Assembly (NCBI GenBank): GCA_907165135.1
Contig: OU015567.1
Span: 1,984,001-2,048,000, forward strand
Origin: Oikopleura dioica
Taxonomy: Eukaryota > Animalia > Chordata
Direction: 5' to 3'
Length of the DNA stretch: 64,000 bases
Shown here: piece after piece, positions 47,201-59,328 of the stretch
Position numbering within the stretch: position 1 is the stretch's first letter
Layout of the letters: each line of letters opens with the position of its first letter
Position numbers and translations under genes: made by a program
The notes under the pieces: generated by a model
What the model saw: the letters and a program-made list of their open reading frames with translations, nothing else
Told to the model about the DNA's origin: nothing
The model's database searches: none

Positions 47201-48830
47201 ACTCGTTTTTCTCATTTGCTTTCGAGGAAATTCTAGAGCTCGATCTCCCAGAAGCTCGAATAGCATTTTTCCTCGACAATCCGCTTGATGAAATTTCTTT
47301 AACTCTCTTTGGGAGCTTCCCAGTTTCATCTTTCAGATCGCTAATTGATTGTTTTTAATCAAATTAAAAAAGAATGCCAAAGCAGTTTTTAAACGAGTTT
47401 ATGCATTTTCATAAACTTTAAAAACGATGATCTTGATTTATTTTTAAGCATGCAATTATTGTTCAAGAAGCTAAAAAACCTTTTAGGAGGTTCTTCTTCG
47501 TCGGAGTCCTCATCCGACCACTGCGAAATCCTGGAGATTTTGGATATTCTTGATCCCTTGACACGAGAGCTTCGGGACTGATTATCCTCAGACGATTCTT
47601 GTTTCCTCTCTGAGTTCGTCGAGTTAAGAACAAAATGTTCTTTATCAGAATCATTCGAGCTTTCTGATTTTGGCGTCGGTAGAACCGGTTTTTTCTCCAA
47701 AAGCTTTTCAATTTTCTTTATTGATGTTTCTCTTTTTTCTTCACTTTCTTGATTTGCTTTTGGCGGCGATTTTGGTGGAGCTTTATCTGGTGCTCTAAGC
47801 GAAACAGGTCTTTTTGACATGTTGCTTGTTTTTCGGGAGGGTTCATTTCTCGATTCGCCATAAGAAATTTTTGACATCAGTTCGTCGAGGCTTTTTCTTG
47901 CCGGTTCGGGCTCTTTTTTTGACGACTCGGGCGACTTTTTCGATGGTTGTGGGCTTTTTATGGAAGCTTCGGATTGATCATCTGACCATTTTGAGACGCT
48001 TGAGATCTTCTTTGATTTCGATTTCTTCGAAAAATGATGCTCTTCCTCGTCCGACTCCTCATCAGACCATTTTGATGCTCGTGAGAGCGTGCTTTTTTCG
48101 CGTGCACTTGCTCGTGCACTTATTCAATGTTAATTTGGGAGCGATGGAAATTAAGTTAAGACAATCGGTATGTGAAATTGTCTTGATGATTCTCTCGTGG
48201 AAAAAATTGATTACCTTATTGGTTTTGGTTTGACAGCACCTCCATAAGCCGGGGCATCGGAATCGGAACTTGTTCCAGAATCACCCCAGCTGGACAATTT
48301 CGACGGCTGGCGAGAAGGATTCTGCGAGTAGATTCTCCTCACCTAAGATGATCCATACTAACTGTCTTCTATTTGAATGGCTAGCCGCTACGCAGCGATC
48401 GTAAATGCGGTGGAAAATTTGCCCTACTCATTTCTCTTATTTTTACCTTTGAATCGTCAGATGACTCGTCTGTATCTCCCCAGTGAGAGCTTTTTGTCGA
48501 AAGAGCTCCTCTGGAAATTTTCTTCGAGGCCTTTCTGGAAAATTCATCTGCCGAGCTTTCATCAGAATCGCCCCAGCCAGAGGACACACCAGATCTTCTA
48601 GAGCTTTCTCTTCAAAATTTTAGTAAGAAAATATTTCCAAATGATGAATTTTTACCTACTAAAGCTTGGCATCTTTTTCTATTTTTCTCTGCAATACTAA
48701 ATGATAGGATTTGATGAAAACGATGCTGATTCTTTACGGGCGCATGTTTAGTACCTCGGAGTAAAAGGTGACTCATTCTTGTCATAAAAATTAGACCGGA
48801 TTAAAACAGCCGAAGTTAACCTTGACATGT
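44273..48830 (-). CDS. Large intrinsically disordered Ser/Asp/Glu/Lys-rich protein with ~20 W-[ST/G]-D motifs, multi-exon; ends approximate
   Basis: Long same-strand ORFs (45861-47279, 47389-47877, 48381-48587, 44273-44455) with recurring S(A/S)LSKWSDNES motifs and splice sites between them. Confidence 0.7.
46340..46900 (-). repeat. Coding tandem repeat, alternating 78/81(75)-bp units
   Basis: The KWSD anchor (gacc) recurs at 46357, 46438, 46516, 46597, 46675, 46750, 46828 and 46891. Confidence 0.9.
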
Positions 48831-50739
48831 TGTCGAGAAAAGGTCACCATTTCTAAAAAGGAAAACATTGTTTTGTTTTACAATTTAGATTCCAAACTTG
48901 AGAATTGTCTGAACAATCAGTTACATATTTAACTTGAACGTCGCCCGAAAAGTGGCATGAATCACTTTAAAAATAGAACATCAAAGGTATTCACTTGATT
49001 TGTGCTGTTTGAGTTGTAGTACAGTAGATCAAACTTGTGAACACAGGAACATATGTCAAAACCACAAAATCAAGAAGATATTTAATATTTCAAGTAACCT
49101 CATTCAACATGCTCATCCTGTTGTTGATAAAGGAGCCAGTTCACTTTGCAATATTTGATTGTCTGGCAGACAGGATGGCGAATAGTGTCTTTCGGAGATA
49201 ATTAGCTACAGTTGGTGATCTTCAAAATAAATTAAATTTGACTGCTTCTTCGAGGACAGCCAAATTGACTGAGGATTTGAAGAAAAGGAATAAGTAAAGA
49301 GCTCCTTTGTCGGCCCTAGAATCTTGACTGAAGAAGGAATATCCTGCCAGCTAACCATGTTTATTTATTATTCTGCTTCTCGCAGCAGAAAAATCTCAGT
49401 ATAATAAGCACGAGTCTAAATATGGCTGATGTCGTTTTGATCCTTGTTATGAATTTTGATGGAATTCCATCTTTGATTTGTAGGAAATCTGGCAAAATTC
49501 TCCGACCGCAGTCTCCCCAGACTGGTATTTTGAGAGCTCTTAAAAACGCAGCTTTGTTAATTTTACTTGCGATTTATTGCTTATTAAAATCTTGTCTGCT
49601 CAAGGTGACTCTATTTCTATCTGTCTAACCAAAGTACAGCTAATTGACATCTGTTTTTGGGGCGATTATGCTCAATAATAAATAAGTTTTAAAAACGCTG
49701 ATACTGCAAAAAAGCTATTGATTCTATTGAAGATCTTGAGAAAATGAAGCTACGACACATAATCTCGCGAAACAAAGAAGGGGTATTGGGATGGCCAGAT
49801 TGGGTACGCACAAACAATCCTTTGACCGATTATAATTACTTCTCTTTGAAATACGGGACAGGCCGCTTTGCTAGGGCATCTTTGTATGTTTTGCAAATGA
49901 CGTACTTTCTTCTTGAAATTTGAAAGTGAGCTCAATTTCATTTTTAGCACAGAGGATTGTTATCAAAATCTGTAATTCAGTTATATAATATATTTTTGTA
50001 AATCATTGCCCAGACGTCCGATATTCTTATTTTCCCCCGGAAAGAATATTGCCCCGATACTCTGGCGAATAGCCAGTGTAGATGGTAAGAATCACCGTCA
50101 ATATAAAATTCTTCTGATACAATTGTCAATTGCTGTTATGGAAATTAAAAACCAATTAAAAACCATATAAAAACGAAGCACTGATCTCCAATTCTTCAGA
50201 CATAACCGTCCCGAAATCACCAGGATTGGTTAATTAAATGGGTAAATGATGCATTTTCAGACTATAAAATGGCCACATTTTGATTAATATTGAGTCCTAG
50301 ACGAGCATTAATGATCTTCTTCGATTCATGGCGTCAGAAAATCTTGCTTTTCCAGCTAAAGTTTCAACTATTATGTTGATGACCATTGTTTTAAAATTAA
50401 CAAAAGTTTGATCGAATATCAACTTTATAAGATTTTCCCAGAAGTCATTTGACCAACAGACTAAATGAGAATCTAACCAGAGATATGTAACTACAAATCC
50501 GTAAATCAAATAGCCGCTACGGATGACCAAAGAAGATTCAGTCTCGCGAGTATAGTAGTACGTCAGCAGACTTTGGCGTCAATTCTACTTCCATCTCTTC
50601 AGCTTTCGGGAGCGCCAAAGCGCGCTGCCAAATTTATTCGCGCCCCGCTCCTGCCGTGCTCGTCATATAAAAAATAAACTAAATCATATTTCTTTTTTTC
50701 ATTTTCATTCAATTTGAAATCAAGGAAGAGAGAGGAACC

Positions 50740-52300
50740 ATGCTGATTTTAATTGTTTCACTGATCGGTTGCATATTCGGCCAGAAAATTCCAAAACAGT
50801 ATCAGAAAATTTGCAACGACAGGACTTGCAAAACATGCGACAAATATTTGGTGAATTTGATTATCAAGAAAAATAATGGTAAGTCGACTATTTTATTGAT
50901 ATTGCTAGATAGTCGTAGGATTTTATGGAGGAAAGAAGTATCCCTTCAGCCAATCAGAAGCCTTTATATCTTATTCTAACCAATAAGATCCCTCAAAATT
51001 TCGCTTTTCATAAAGCCACTTAAGGATGTCTAGTAGACATTCTGCGCAGAAAATATGGCATAGGCGTAGCTTACTTAGGGTACTGACACCCTTATTCAAA
51101 TGTTACCTTTGGAGACAAATCGAAATTATCGAGCTTTTACTAATAAGTTAAGGACTTGAAATATCTCAACCAAATAAAGGTGACTAACATTGCACATCGG
51201 ATAACAACGGATATATAACATTCGTTATCCATTTTACACGCCACAAAATAAATGATAAATTCTTATGGTACAATATTATCATTTTTCGAAGCACCGAGCA
51301 TATCTTTTTCCATTCACAATTATAATTATAATTTATAAACATATTCTCAAAGTTCAACAAGAACACTACCAACATCAAATATTGGCGAGTTCTGCGGTAT
51401 CAAAGCCACAGTATAAAACTTGCATTGGACGCAAATTAGATGCGAAAGACGCCAAATGCTTTTATTTCGATGTTTCACTCGAGCGGACTATCAAAGGTCA
51501 AATACAACTGGCCAATTTTTAGCCAACTTGAGAACACATATTCATTTCTGCACCCTCCGCACCGGATTTTTTATATTGAAGGGTTTATCATTCAAAGACT
51601 TACCCCTTCTCATTCAGATGACAAAATACTATCATTTTGCACTGGAATCCTCCAAGCGGAAATCCCAACAGACAATGGAAAAGTCATGTGTTGTCACCAT
51701 AACGATCATGGAATTCAATTCGGCTTCGCGGAAGATCTTTGCAATAGCAAAGTTGAGCAAGAAGAGGAGTCCAAAATCATGTCCCTTATTGGCGAAACTT
51801 GTCGTAAGTCAACAAACGCTTATTGACAATAAGTTATTGTACATGGCTTTTATTGGATCTCGATATTCATAATGGGTTTAAAATTCAATTAAATTAGGGA
51901 ATTCGGAATAGGATACGGAGGGGATATTAATAATTTAATTGAAAACAGGTGACTCTGAGAAAGAAGGAAAAGTAATTCAAATTCAATCGAATGAAAGACA
52001 ATTGAATAAGCATCATTAGCGATTCAGAATCATTCTCAAGTTAAAAGGCAATAGGAGGAGATCATCAGTCTGGCACCCCTTACCAAAAGGCCTTCCTAAG
52101 GGCCTCATCCCGCTTCTCAAATCAAAGTCAAGTTCATTAATTTAGCTGGTGGAGATTGCAATGATCTTCTACTGGAAAACAGCGAAACAAACGATCGCAA
52201 CACGAACAACATAAGATTCGCCGCCAACAAATGCTTCGAAAAAGAATCCGCTAAAAGTAAGTCTATTCTAAAATCCATCGTTCCCAAACACTTGAACCTA
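50740..52300 (+). CDS. Small secreted Cys-containing hypothetical protein; second exon tentative
   Basis: MLILIVSLIGCIFGQKIPKQYQKICNDRTCKTCDKYL..NN|gtaag. A phase-compatible acceptor at ~52143 gives AGGDCNDLLLENS..NKCFEKESAK|gtaagt. Confidence 0.35.
51360..51826 (+). pseudogene. Ly6/uPAR or TGF-beta-receptor-ectodomain-like Cys-rich fragment with frame breaks
   Basis: YKTCIGRKLDAKDAKCFYFD and ILSFCTG..KVMCCHHND..FAEDLCN lie in different frames. The CC...DLCN ending is typical of three-finger folds. Confidence 0.3.
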
Positions 52301-53189
52301 TCTTCAACGGGTTTCGAGCGCTTGAGTCTTTTCTTGAAGAAGCTACCTAGTTTCAAAGTGATTCTTTCAACGATACTTTTTAATAATGCGACCCCTTACT
52401 TTAAATATTGAAAAATAAGATTAAGATTAAACATTCTCGTCGATTGAACTAAAATCTCAACAAGAAATTTAATTGTTTTTATAAAAAATCCGCACATTGA
52501 ATAATCAAAAACATGGTCAGAGCGTATTGAATACCGAATTATGAAAATAAAGCTTTGTTTCAGTGATCAAAGTTTTATACTTCCTCGGCATTGGAATGAT
52601 GGCTTTTGCTTGTGTCGCTTTATTCATGGCTTACTCCCGCCATCGAGCGCCAGACTTCAGGGCTTACCAGTAAGTACAAATCGCATCATAGCTCCATTGC
52701 TTACCTTTTCATTACTAATTGTCATCATCCATTTCACTAACAAAATTCAATACAGATCTGAAATCGTGAAGCAAAACGAAAAAATGCTATGTAATCGAGA
52801 TCTTGAAAAATCAGAAGGTTTCGGAGATCCCAAACCTGCTAAATCTTCAAGGCCTTCTGGACAGGTAACTTTTTTTTTCTCTTCAAGCGCCCGAAAAATT
52901 CAACTCTGTATTGAATTTTTTTCCATCAAAGCTCATTTTATTTGAATTTTTAACCCTTTTCAGCGAGATGAACCAAAACAATGGGCCTGCAGACTGTCTA
53001 ACTCCTCTGAATCCTTAAGGTCGTTGCCTTAGAATGTCCTTTCTTTTGTATCCATTCATCTAATGTTAACAAAGTTCAAACCAGCTTCCATTTCTTTTTT
53101 ATATCTTCTGTACAAAAACCACACCAGAAATTCTTCAAAAAATACATCCTTCTTGTCATAAATTTCCATTTATTTATTAATTCAAGTGT

Positions 53190-53860
53190 TCAAAATTCAT
53201 CCCGCTGGGACATGATCAGAGCCTGGGAAAGTTCCTCGAACCAGGATTTGATGCGGTTAAATTCGAACTTTTCAAATCGCTCGCTTCTGCATTGTCGGTA
53301 GAATGTTGAGAAGAGGTTTCGCCAGCCATGAGTGATTTGTGCCAGGCCGGTGAGCGCTCGAGTCTTGAAAATAGACGAATATTAAGGGGTTAAGCCAAAT
53401 ACTTAGGAGTATCAAGGAGATATTAAAGACTTCTTTTAGCCATGAATAAATAGTGCGTACCTTATCATAGCCACCTATTGCCAGATTCTGTTTTGCTTCC
53501 TTATTCATCGCCTCCTGAAAAACTTCAATATTTAAACTTGTCGGAGGAAAATAACAAAGCTGCCAAACCCTGGCACAGTACCTTTCCGTGTGGTAAATCA
53601 GTATTGTCGAATTCGCAGACAAATTCCAAAAATGCCCGTTTTATTCTCTTCTCAGAATGTACAAACCGCGAATCCCACTTTTTCGAAGACTTCGCTGGCA
53701 GATGAGCCATATTTTCTCCGATCCATTCGCGGGTATAATTCGTCAGTTCTTTCAATCTCTTGATCGGATGAAGATCCGGCTGCATTTCGTGTTTTTGTTT
53801 GTGTCTCTGTTTATCTTCATTTTCTGCATAAACAACAAAAAACAAAACGAAGAAAAACAT
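53190..53860 (-). CDS. Secreted lineage-specific helical protein (HP.KRL..L....EW family)
   Basis: MFFFVLFFVVYA signal; HPIKRLKELTNYTREWIGEN..KWDSRF..CEFD; last exon RALTGLAQITHGWRNLFSTFYRQC..RIKSWFEEL..DEF*. Confidence 0.65.
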
Positions 53861-54673
53861 GCCTCTGGAATTGAAAGAAAAAAAAGTATCTGCGGATTTT
53901 GATTGGAGATTTTTTGCTGAGACTGGCAAAAAATACGCGGGTCTGATCTCTGGCTGGTATCTTGTTGATGGACAAAACATACTATAACATCGCTCCGGGT
54001 CGGACGCGCAGCAAAACCAACCCTTATTTCTCTTTGGGAGACGAAGACCATAATAAATACGAAATTCTAAATTTGAAGATATATTGGCAGGGTAAGTGAT
54101 TTTAAGTTAAAATTTTTAACAGTAATTTAATCGCAGGAACACGTGATTCCAGGCTGCTCTCGCTGAGTTCGTCTGGATTGAGAGTTGTAAGTCGGTTTCT
54201 TTTGAGCTGGAGGCTGATATCGTTTGTAGCTGTTTTGCGATTTGTAGTTATTTCCCGAATATTTGTTCTGTTGAGTATTCGTTGATGATTTCCAGGAATA
54301 AGAAGTTGACTTTTTGGGCTGAGAAAATGTTGGTTTCTTTTGAGTTCCGAAATTTTGCTTGTAAGTTGGTCTTTTGAATGTCGCTTGAGTGCCATATCTT
54401 CGCTTGGGCGGGAATCTCTTGTTGAATTCAATAGTTCTTTGGCGCGCTCGTTCCCTGGAAGCCTGGTCATATCTTTGTCTTTTAGGGGATTTTTGATGGT
54501 AATTGAAAATTATGATAGAATAATTATCAAATCCGATTCCTTTTAACTTTGATTTCTCCAGTTTTCGCGGCAGTAGAAGAAGAGGTCAGAATTGTCTTGT
54601 GAGCGACATAATTTCGCACCATTATGTCCATGCTTTAATTTTTAAATAAGCAGATAGAACATGAAAGAATCAC

Positions 54674-55790
54674 TTACTCTTCGAAATTTCTAGGAGTCTT
54701 GTTCGCTGGATTCCAGCGGCGAAGATATTGATGAGCGATGGGAGTAAAAACAGCAGCATAACCCGTATAAGCGTCGAAAAAGGAAGCTTCTCCGTTGTGC
54801 GCAAAAGAAGCAACACCAAAGACTTTTTGGACTCCTAGCAAATTTTTCGATAAAAAGGAAAGAGAGCGCACTCACCGTTTATGGGACAGTACAAAGGTCC
54901 ACCAGAATCGCCTTTTCCTGCGATTGCTTTGCCGGAATTGTCCATCAAGAAAACATTTTCTTTGTCGCCATACATAAATCCTACTGCTTTGAGCTGATAC
55001 GAGTGTATTTTCGTCCTTCCCTCTTTGAGTGTATCTGAAAACCAGCGATAAAGAACCGATCTAAGAATAAAATTACCTGAATATGAGCCACTCATGTCTG
55101 TTTGTCCATTTCCGACGATCATGCAAGTTGTTTTCCCGGTCTAAAACGGGTTGGATAACTTTGTCGAATTCAAATTTTTACCATAATATTATTGGCGAAT
55201 TCGTCGAAGGTGCCCAATTTCGCAGCTTTGACCTTTGAATTGAATCGAATCGGCGAAGAAAGGGTGACAAGTCTGATTTAGATTAAAAGAAGGTCGCTTC
55301 TTATTGGCTACGGAAAAGAAAAGTGGCTTATGATTGGCTAAAAATCCCATTGGTGAAGAAATCTCTCAAATTTTTTATCAAGTTTTAATCCCTTCGTATA
55401 GTCGTCTTTCCACAAACCAGAGTTCATAATTTTACCAAAGTTCTTGACGCTTTTGATTCTAGCGACGTTGTTTTGATTGGGATTAAAGTTTCGGTCGTTT
55501 GATCTTTTCAGGGTTCCAAAAACAACAAAATTCGATGTTTCGATGTCGCAGTGAGAAGAAGACAATACAGTTGTTGCATCAAGAATTACACTGCCGCTTA
55601 ATAATCGATGTAAGACAGCAAGAAGAACAAGAGCTTACCAGAAGTGACCGCCATTCTGAGTGACAATCGATACAAAGGATGGATACTTTGTATCTGATGT
55701 GACTTTTGACCCTCCTTTGACTCTGCCCCGTTTCTTTCTCTTTGCATTGGCAACAACAAAAAATACTGCAAGTAGTTTTAAAATATTCAT
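54674..55790 (-). CDS. Atypical S1 serine protease (non-trypsin specificity)
   Basis: Signal MNILKLLAVFFVVANA, KRKKRGR-VKGG, HFCGSVIL..SSSHC, WKDDY, IAGKGDSGGPLYCP and VFGVASF. Five or six exons. Confidence 0.85.
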
Positions 55791-55989
55791 TTTGAATGAA
55801 AATTGCAAGAAAAAAAACTTTTGTGGCAAAAAATTCTAGAAGAAAAAAAAACAAAAAGAGTTTTTTCATTTTATTTATTTGAATACATTTTTCGTTAATC
55901 TTCATTTTCAGAGTTCGCGATGGACAAAAATTCCTCTTCGGTTATTTCATCCGCGTCCTCAGGAAGCATTTGAGGTGTTTCACATTCTT

Positions 55990-56952
55990 TCGCTATCCAG
56001 AGTCCTTCATTCTGCGCGCCATCTGTTAGGACTTTTCTTAGATTTCCATCAATCACATCTTAATTTTTCCATAAATTTCAGATATTCACAAAGAAGTTAC
56101 CGATCTGTTGATAAATTTTATTGTCGAGGAAATGCATGTATCGTGCGCCTTTTTCTACTACTTTTCTGAATGGCGGCTTTTTACCGAGACGCATCTCCTT
56201 CTCTTGGTGAAGTTCTTGAAGAATGTCGAAAGCACATTCAGAGTTCATCTTTTCTTGAATTTCTTGGTCCGTCGAATTTCTGTATTTATCCTATTTATGT
56301 ATTTTTAGATATATTAACTGAAGGAATTACTCACAGAGGCGTAGATGGTTGTTTTAAAATACATATTTCTCGTATCTTTCCTCAAACCAAAGCATGGTTT
56401 TGGAGGCCATTGTTGTTGACGTGGGCGATAAACTTTGATATTCACCCGTTGTGTTGGCACTCTTTCTTGCCTCAATTGATCATGATGCCCTGTTTCATCG
56501 ACGGTTTTCTCTTTAGATCGTTTTATTTCTTCCTCAAGTTCATCAATCTTCTTTTCCATCATCTTGAACTTCATCTCATGCAAATCATTCTTCAAGGAAA
56601 GCTCCTCGATCTGTCGTTTCAACGAATCAACAAGGGTTGACTGCTGGTCCTCCTTGATTTCAATTTTTCTTTGGAAGTCTTTTGCAAACTGCTCTTGAGC
56701 AAAAAGTCCTTTTCTATCGTTCCTTTCTTGCTCTCTTTCCAGCGATTTTTGAAGAGTAAAAACAAGATTTTGCAAGTGATGGTACGAGTTTCTCAGTGAT
56801 TGAATTTCTAAAATATAAATGAATGTTTTCAGTATACTATTATGAAAAGCTTTACCATTTCTATCGTAAGAACTGTATGTTTGATTCCCATCAGTTGATC
56901 CCGTTAGATATTCAGGAATACCAGTTGCATAATAACTTCTATTGCGTTCAGA
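55990..56952 (-). CDS. Hypothetical coiled-coil protein
   Basis: MSERNRSYY.. then a long heptad-rich exon LQKSLEREQERND..IEELSLKNDLHEMKFKMMEKKIDELEEEIKRSK. Downstream exons are tentative. Confidence 0.45.
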
Positions 56953-57399
56953 CATTTTCTCTTCTTTTTTAGAGTAATTTTTGCCTCTGAGCTTCAGAAT
57001 GCTGGTATTTACCAAGAACAAATTGCAAGGTCAATATAAAGCTGCCAAATTTAAAATTCTCCTCACAAGCCCTTATAATGAACAAATACAGGAGTTATTC
57101 GAATTTTTTGCAATGTAAGATTGATAAGTTTGATGATATTTTCGATTTATTTTGAAAGAATGAGAAAACTTTACATTGAATTTTACAGTTGATGAATATT
57201 GAGTTGAGTTTTGAAACTAATGCACTATTGAACTTGAAGAGTCTGTAGTTGTTTCGTTGATTGTACTGTTGAAACTATCAAAAAGCACTTCTGATAGATC
57301 ATATGATGGTTGGGACTTTTTGTGCTTTCTTAGGACGAGCAAAGTGGTCCAAGTTATCGTGCCGAGCATAATGGCGAAAACAGAGAACTAGAAGAGAAG

Positions 57400-58610
57400 A
57401 GTCAGAAAAGAAATGAGCTCATATGCATACCCATCTTGAGAAGCGCATATTGTCTCGCTGGCTTTTGACATTTTGTAGGTTGAAAGCGTTTGTTGCTCGG
57501 AAATTGTGAAGAATAGCCAGTAATCCTGCAATTTCTAGATAAGTTTTGCCTCAGATAAATTAACCCTACCTAAAAAAGGGCAGCATAAGAGTGCGCAAAG
57601 CTGGAGCCTCCACTTTGGCTTTTTCATTTCTTTTGGCTCTTCGTGAACATGCAGACGATCTTTTCTCACCAAAACTTAATACAGTAGAAATGGGTTTTTC
57701 TTCCGTTCGTACCTTGAATCGCCTTGGCATAGGGATATTCTTTCGTGAACACAATCTTTTGCGAAAGATACGTGGAGTACATGCCCTCATCGACGGCATC
57801 AGGGGTCCACAAATACGACTGACGACGGCCCTTTGAATCGACTCCTTTTGGATTCGCATTCTTTCCTATTTTAGGAGATCTAGCAGCTTCTGGAGTCTGC
57901 ACAGCTTCCAAGTCAGTCTCCGTGTCAACCTTTCTCGTCGGCCAGGCTGTTCGATTCGGGATAAAGGGCCCTGAAATAATGAGTAATAAATTTATCCATC
58001 TTCATTTTTTGACTAAGAGGTTTTGCAGCATTGGACGTAACGAGGTGAGAATGAAGAAATGTGACATGAAGATTTATCATCCTCAACTATCCACCCATTC
58101 TTCGATCAGTTACTGTTCTATTAATACAGTATATATTTATTCTTGCTACAAGAGACTTAAAATTAAGAAAAAATCTTGAAGCTTCGTCAAGAAAATTATC
58201 AAAAAAATCGATTCCTTATCAGGTCAAAATATAGTTTTAAAAGAAATCATTGAAAATTTCTTCTTGAGATTTCAAGTTTAACCCATCAAAATATCAAAAA
58301 TGCCTTATGAATCATAAGTTATGATTACATTCAAACACGGGTGGTTTACATATTTTTTAAGAAAAAAGGGAGGATTTACCTTCTGATAGATCGTATGAAG
58401 ATTCAGGCGTTACTTGAAGTAGGTACTCGTTCATCTTGCAGCAGTCCTTCTTCTTCAAATGTTTCTCTCGTTCATGTGCCTTTCGTAGTTTCTCTATCGA
58501 CGATTTCGAAAAGGGAGAGAATTGAACTTCGCGTTGGTTTTGCTCGAGTTTTATGGAGCTTGAGGAGGAACCGGATGAGGCTCTTCCCTTCTCATTTGTC
58601 TCGCCTCTTC
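57400..58610 (-). CDS. Hypothetical multi-exon protein
   Basis: Open exons with splice sites: SSIKLEQNQREVQFSPFSKSSIEKLRKAHEREKHLKKKDCCK and GPFIPNRTAWPTRKVDTE..YLWTPDAVDEGMYSTYLSQKIVF. No family recognised. Confidence 0.35.
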
Positions 58611-59328
58611 CTGAAGGAAGCCCTAAAATGATCTCGCTTTTGACTAGTTAAGATGCAAAAAAGTGACAACTGCGACCACAATTTAGAGTTATCAACAAGC
58701 CTGGGATTAGCTCGAAAGTTCTTACTTTCGATCATTTTGAACTTCGAGCTTTTCTTCTCTCTAACGATTTACGAGGCTCATTTGGGGTCTCGAATAAACT
58801 CCTTTTTTTCTCATTCAGTCCATTTGCTGGAGATTTGAAATCAGATAATTAGACTGACAGTTGATTGAAAGTCGTTTTGAATAATTTAAAATGACAATTT
58901 TTCATTACTTGGTTGAATTATCAGCAAGATTTTTTATCTTCAAGGCAAAGCTTAGAAGAAATATTTGGAATGGAGTCGTTAAATATCGTTATTTTGAATG
59001 TTTTATGAAATATATTCAGTCGAAGTGAGATCAATTATTTCTTGGCGCACCAATCAAGAGTACTTATAGACTAAAAGTATTCTTTGCTCTAAGTTATAGC
59101 AAAAAATTACAGAAGAAAGACCTCTTACCGTATAATGTCTGAACCAATAAATTCTGCATTTTCCGTTGACGCCGTTTGCCTAAAATTCCCGACAAAAAAA
59201 GGCTCGTAATTGCCAGAGTCGACTGTACATGACATTTGCGAAAGACTTGAATAAACAGCAACACACGAATTCAGTGCGGTATTTTTCTGTTCACTCAACA
59301 GTGTAGAGAATATACTGACAAGGGAAAT

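Noticed and set aside
49000-50560. Degenerate coding-like stretches
   Set aside because: There are multiple stops in all frames and no recognisable family, so the support is too weak to call even a pseudogene.
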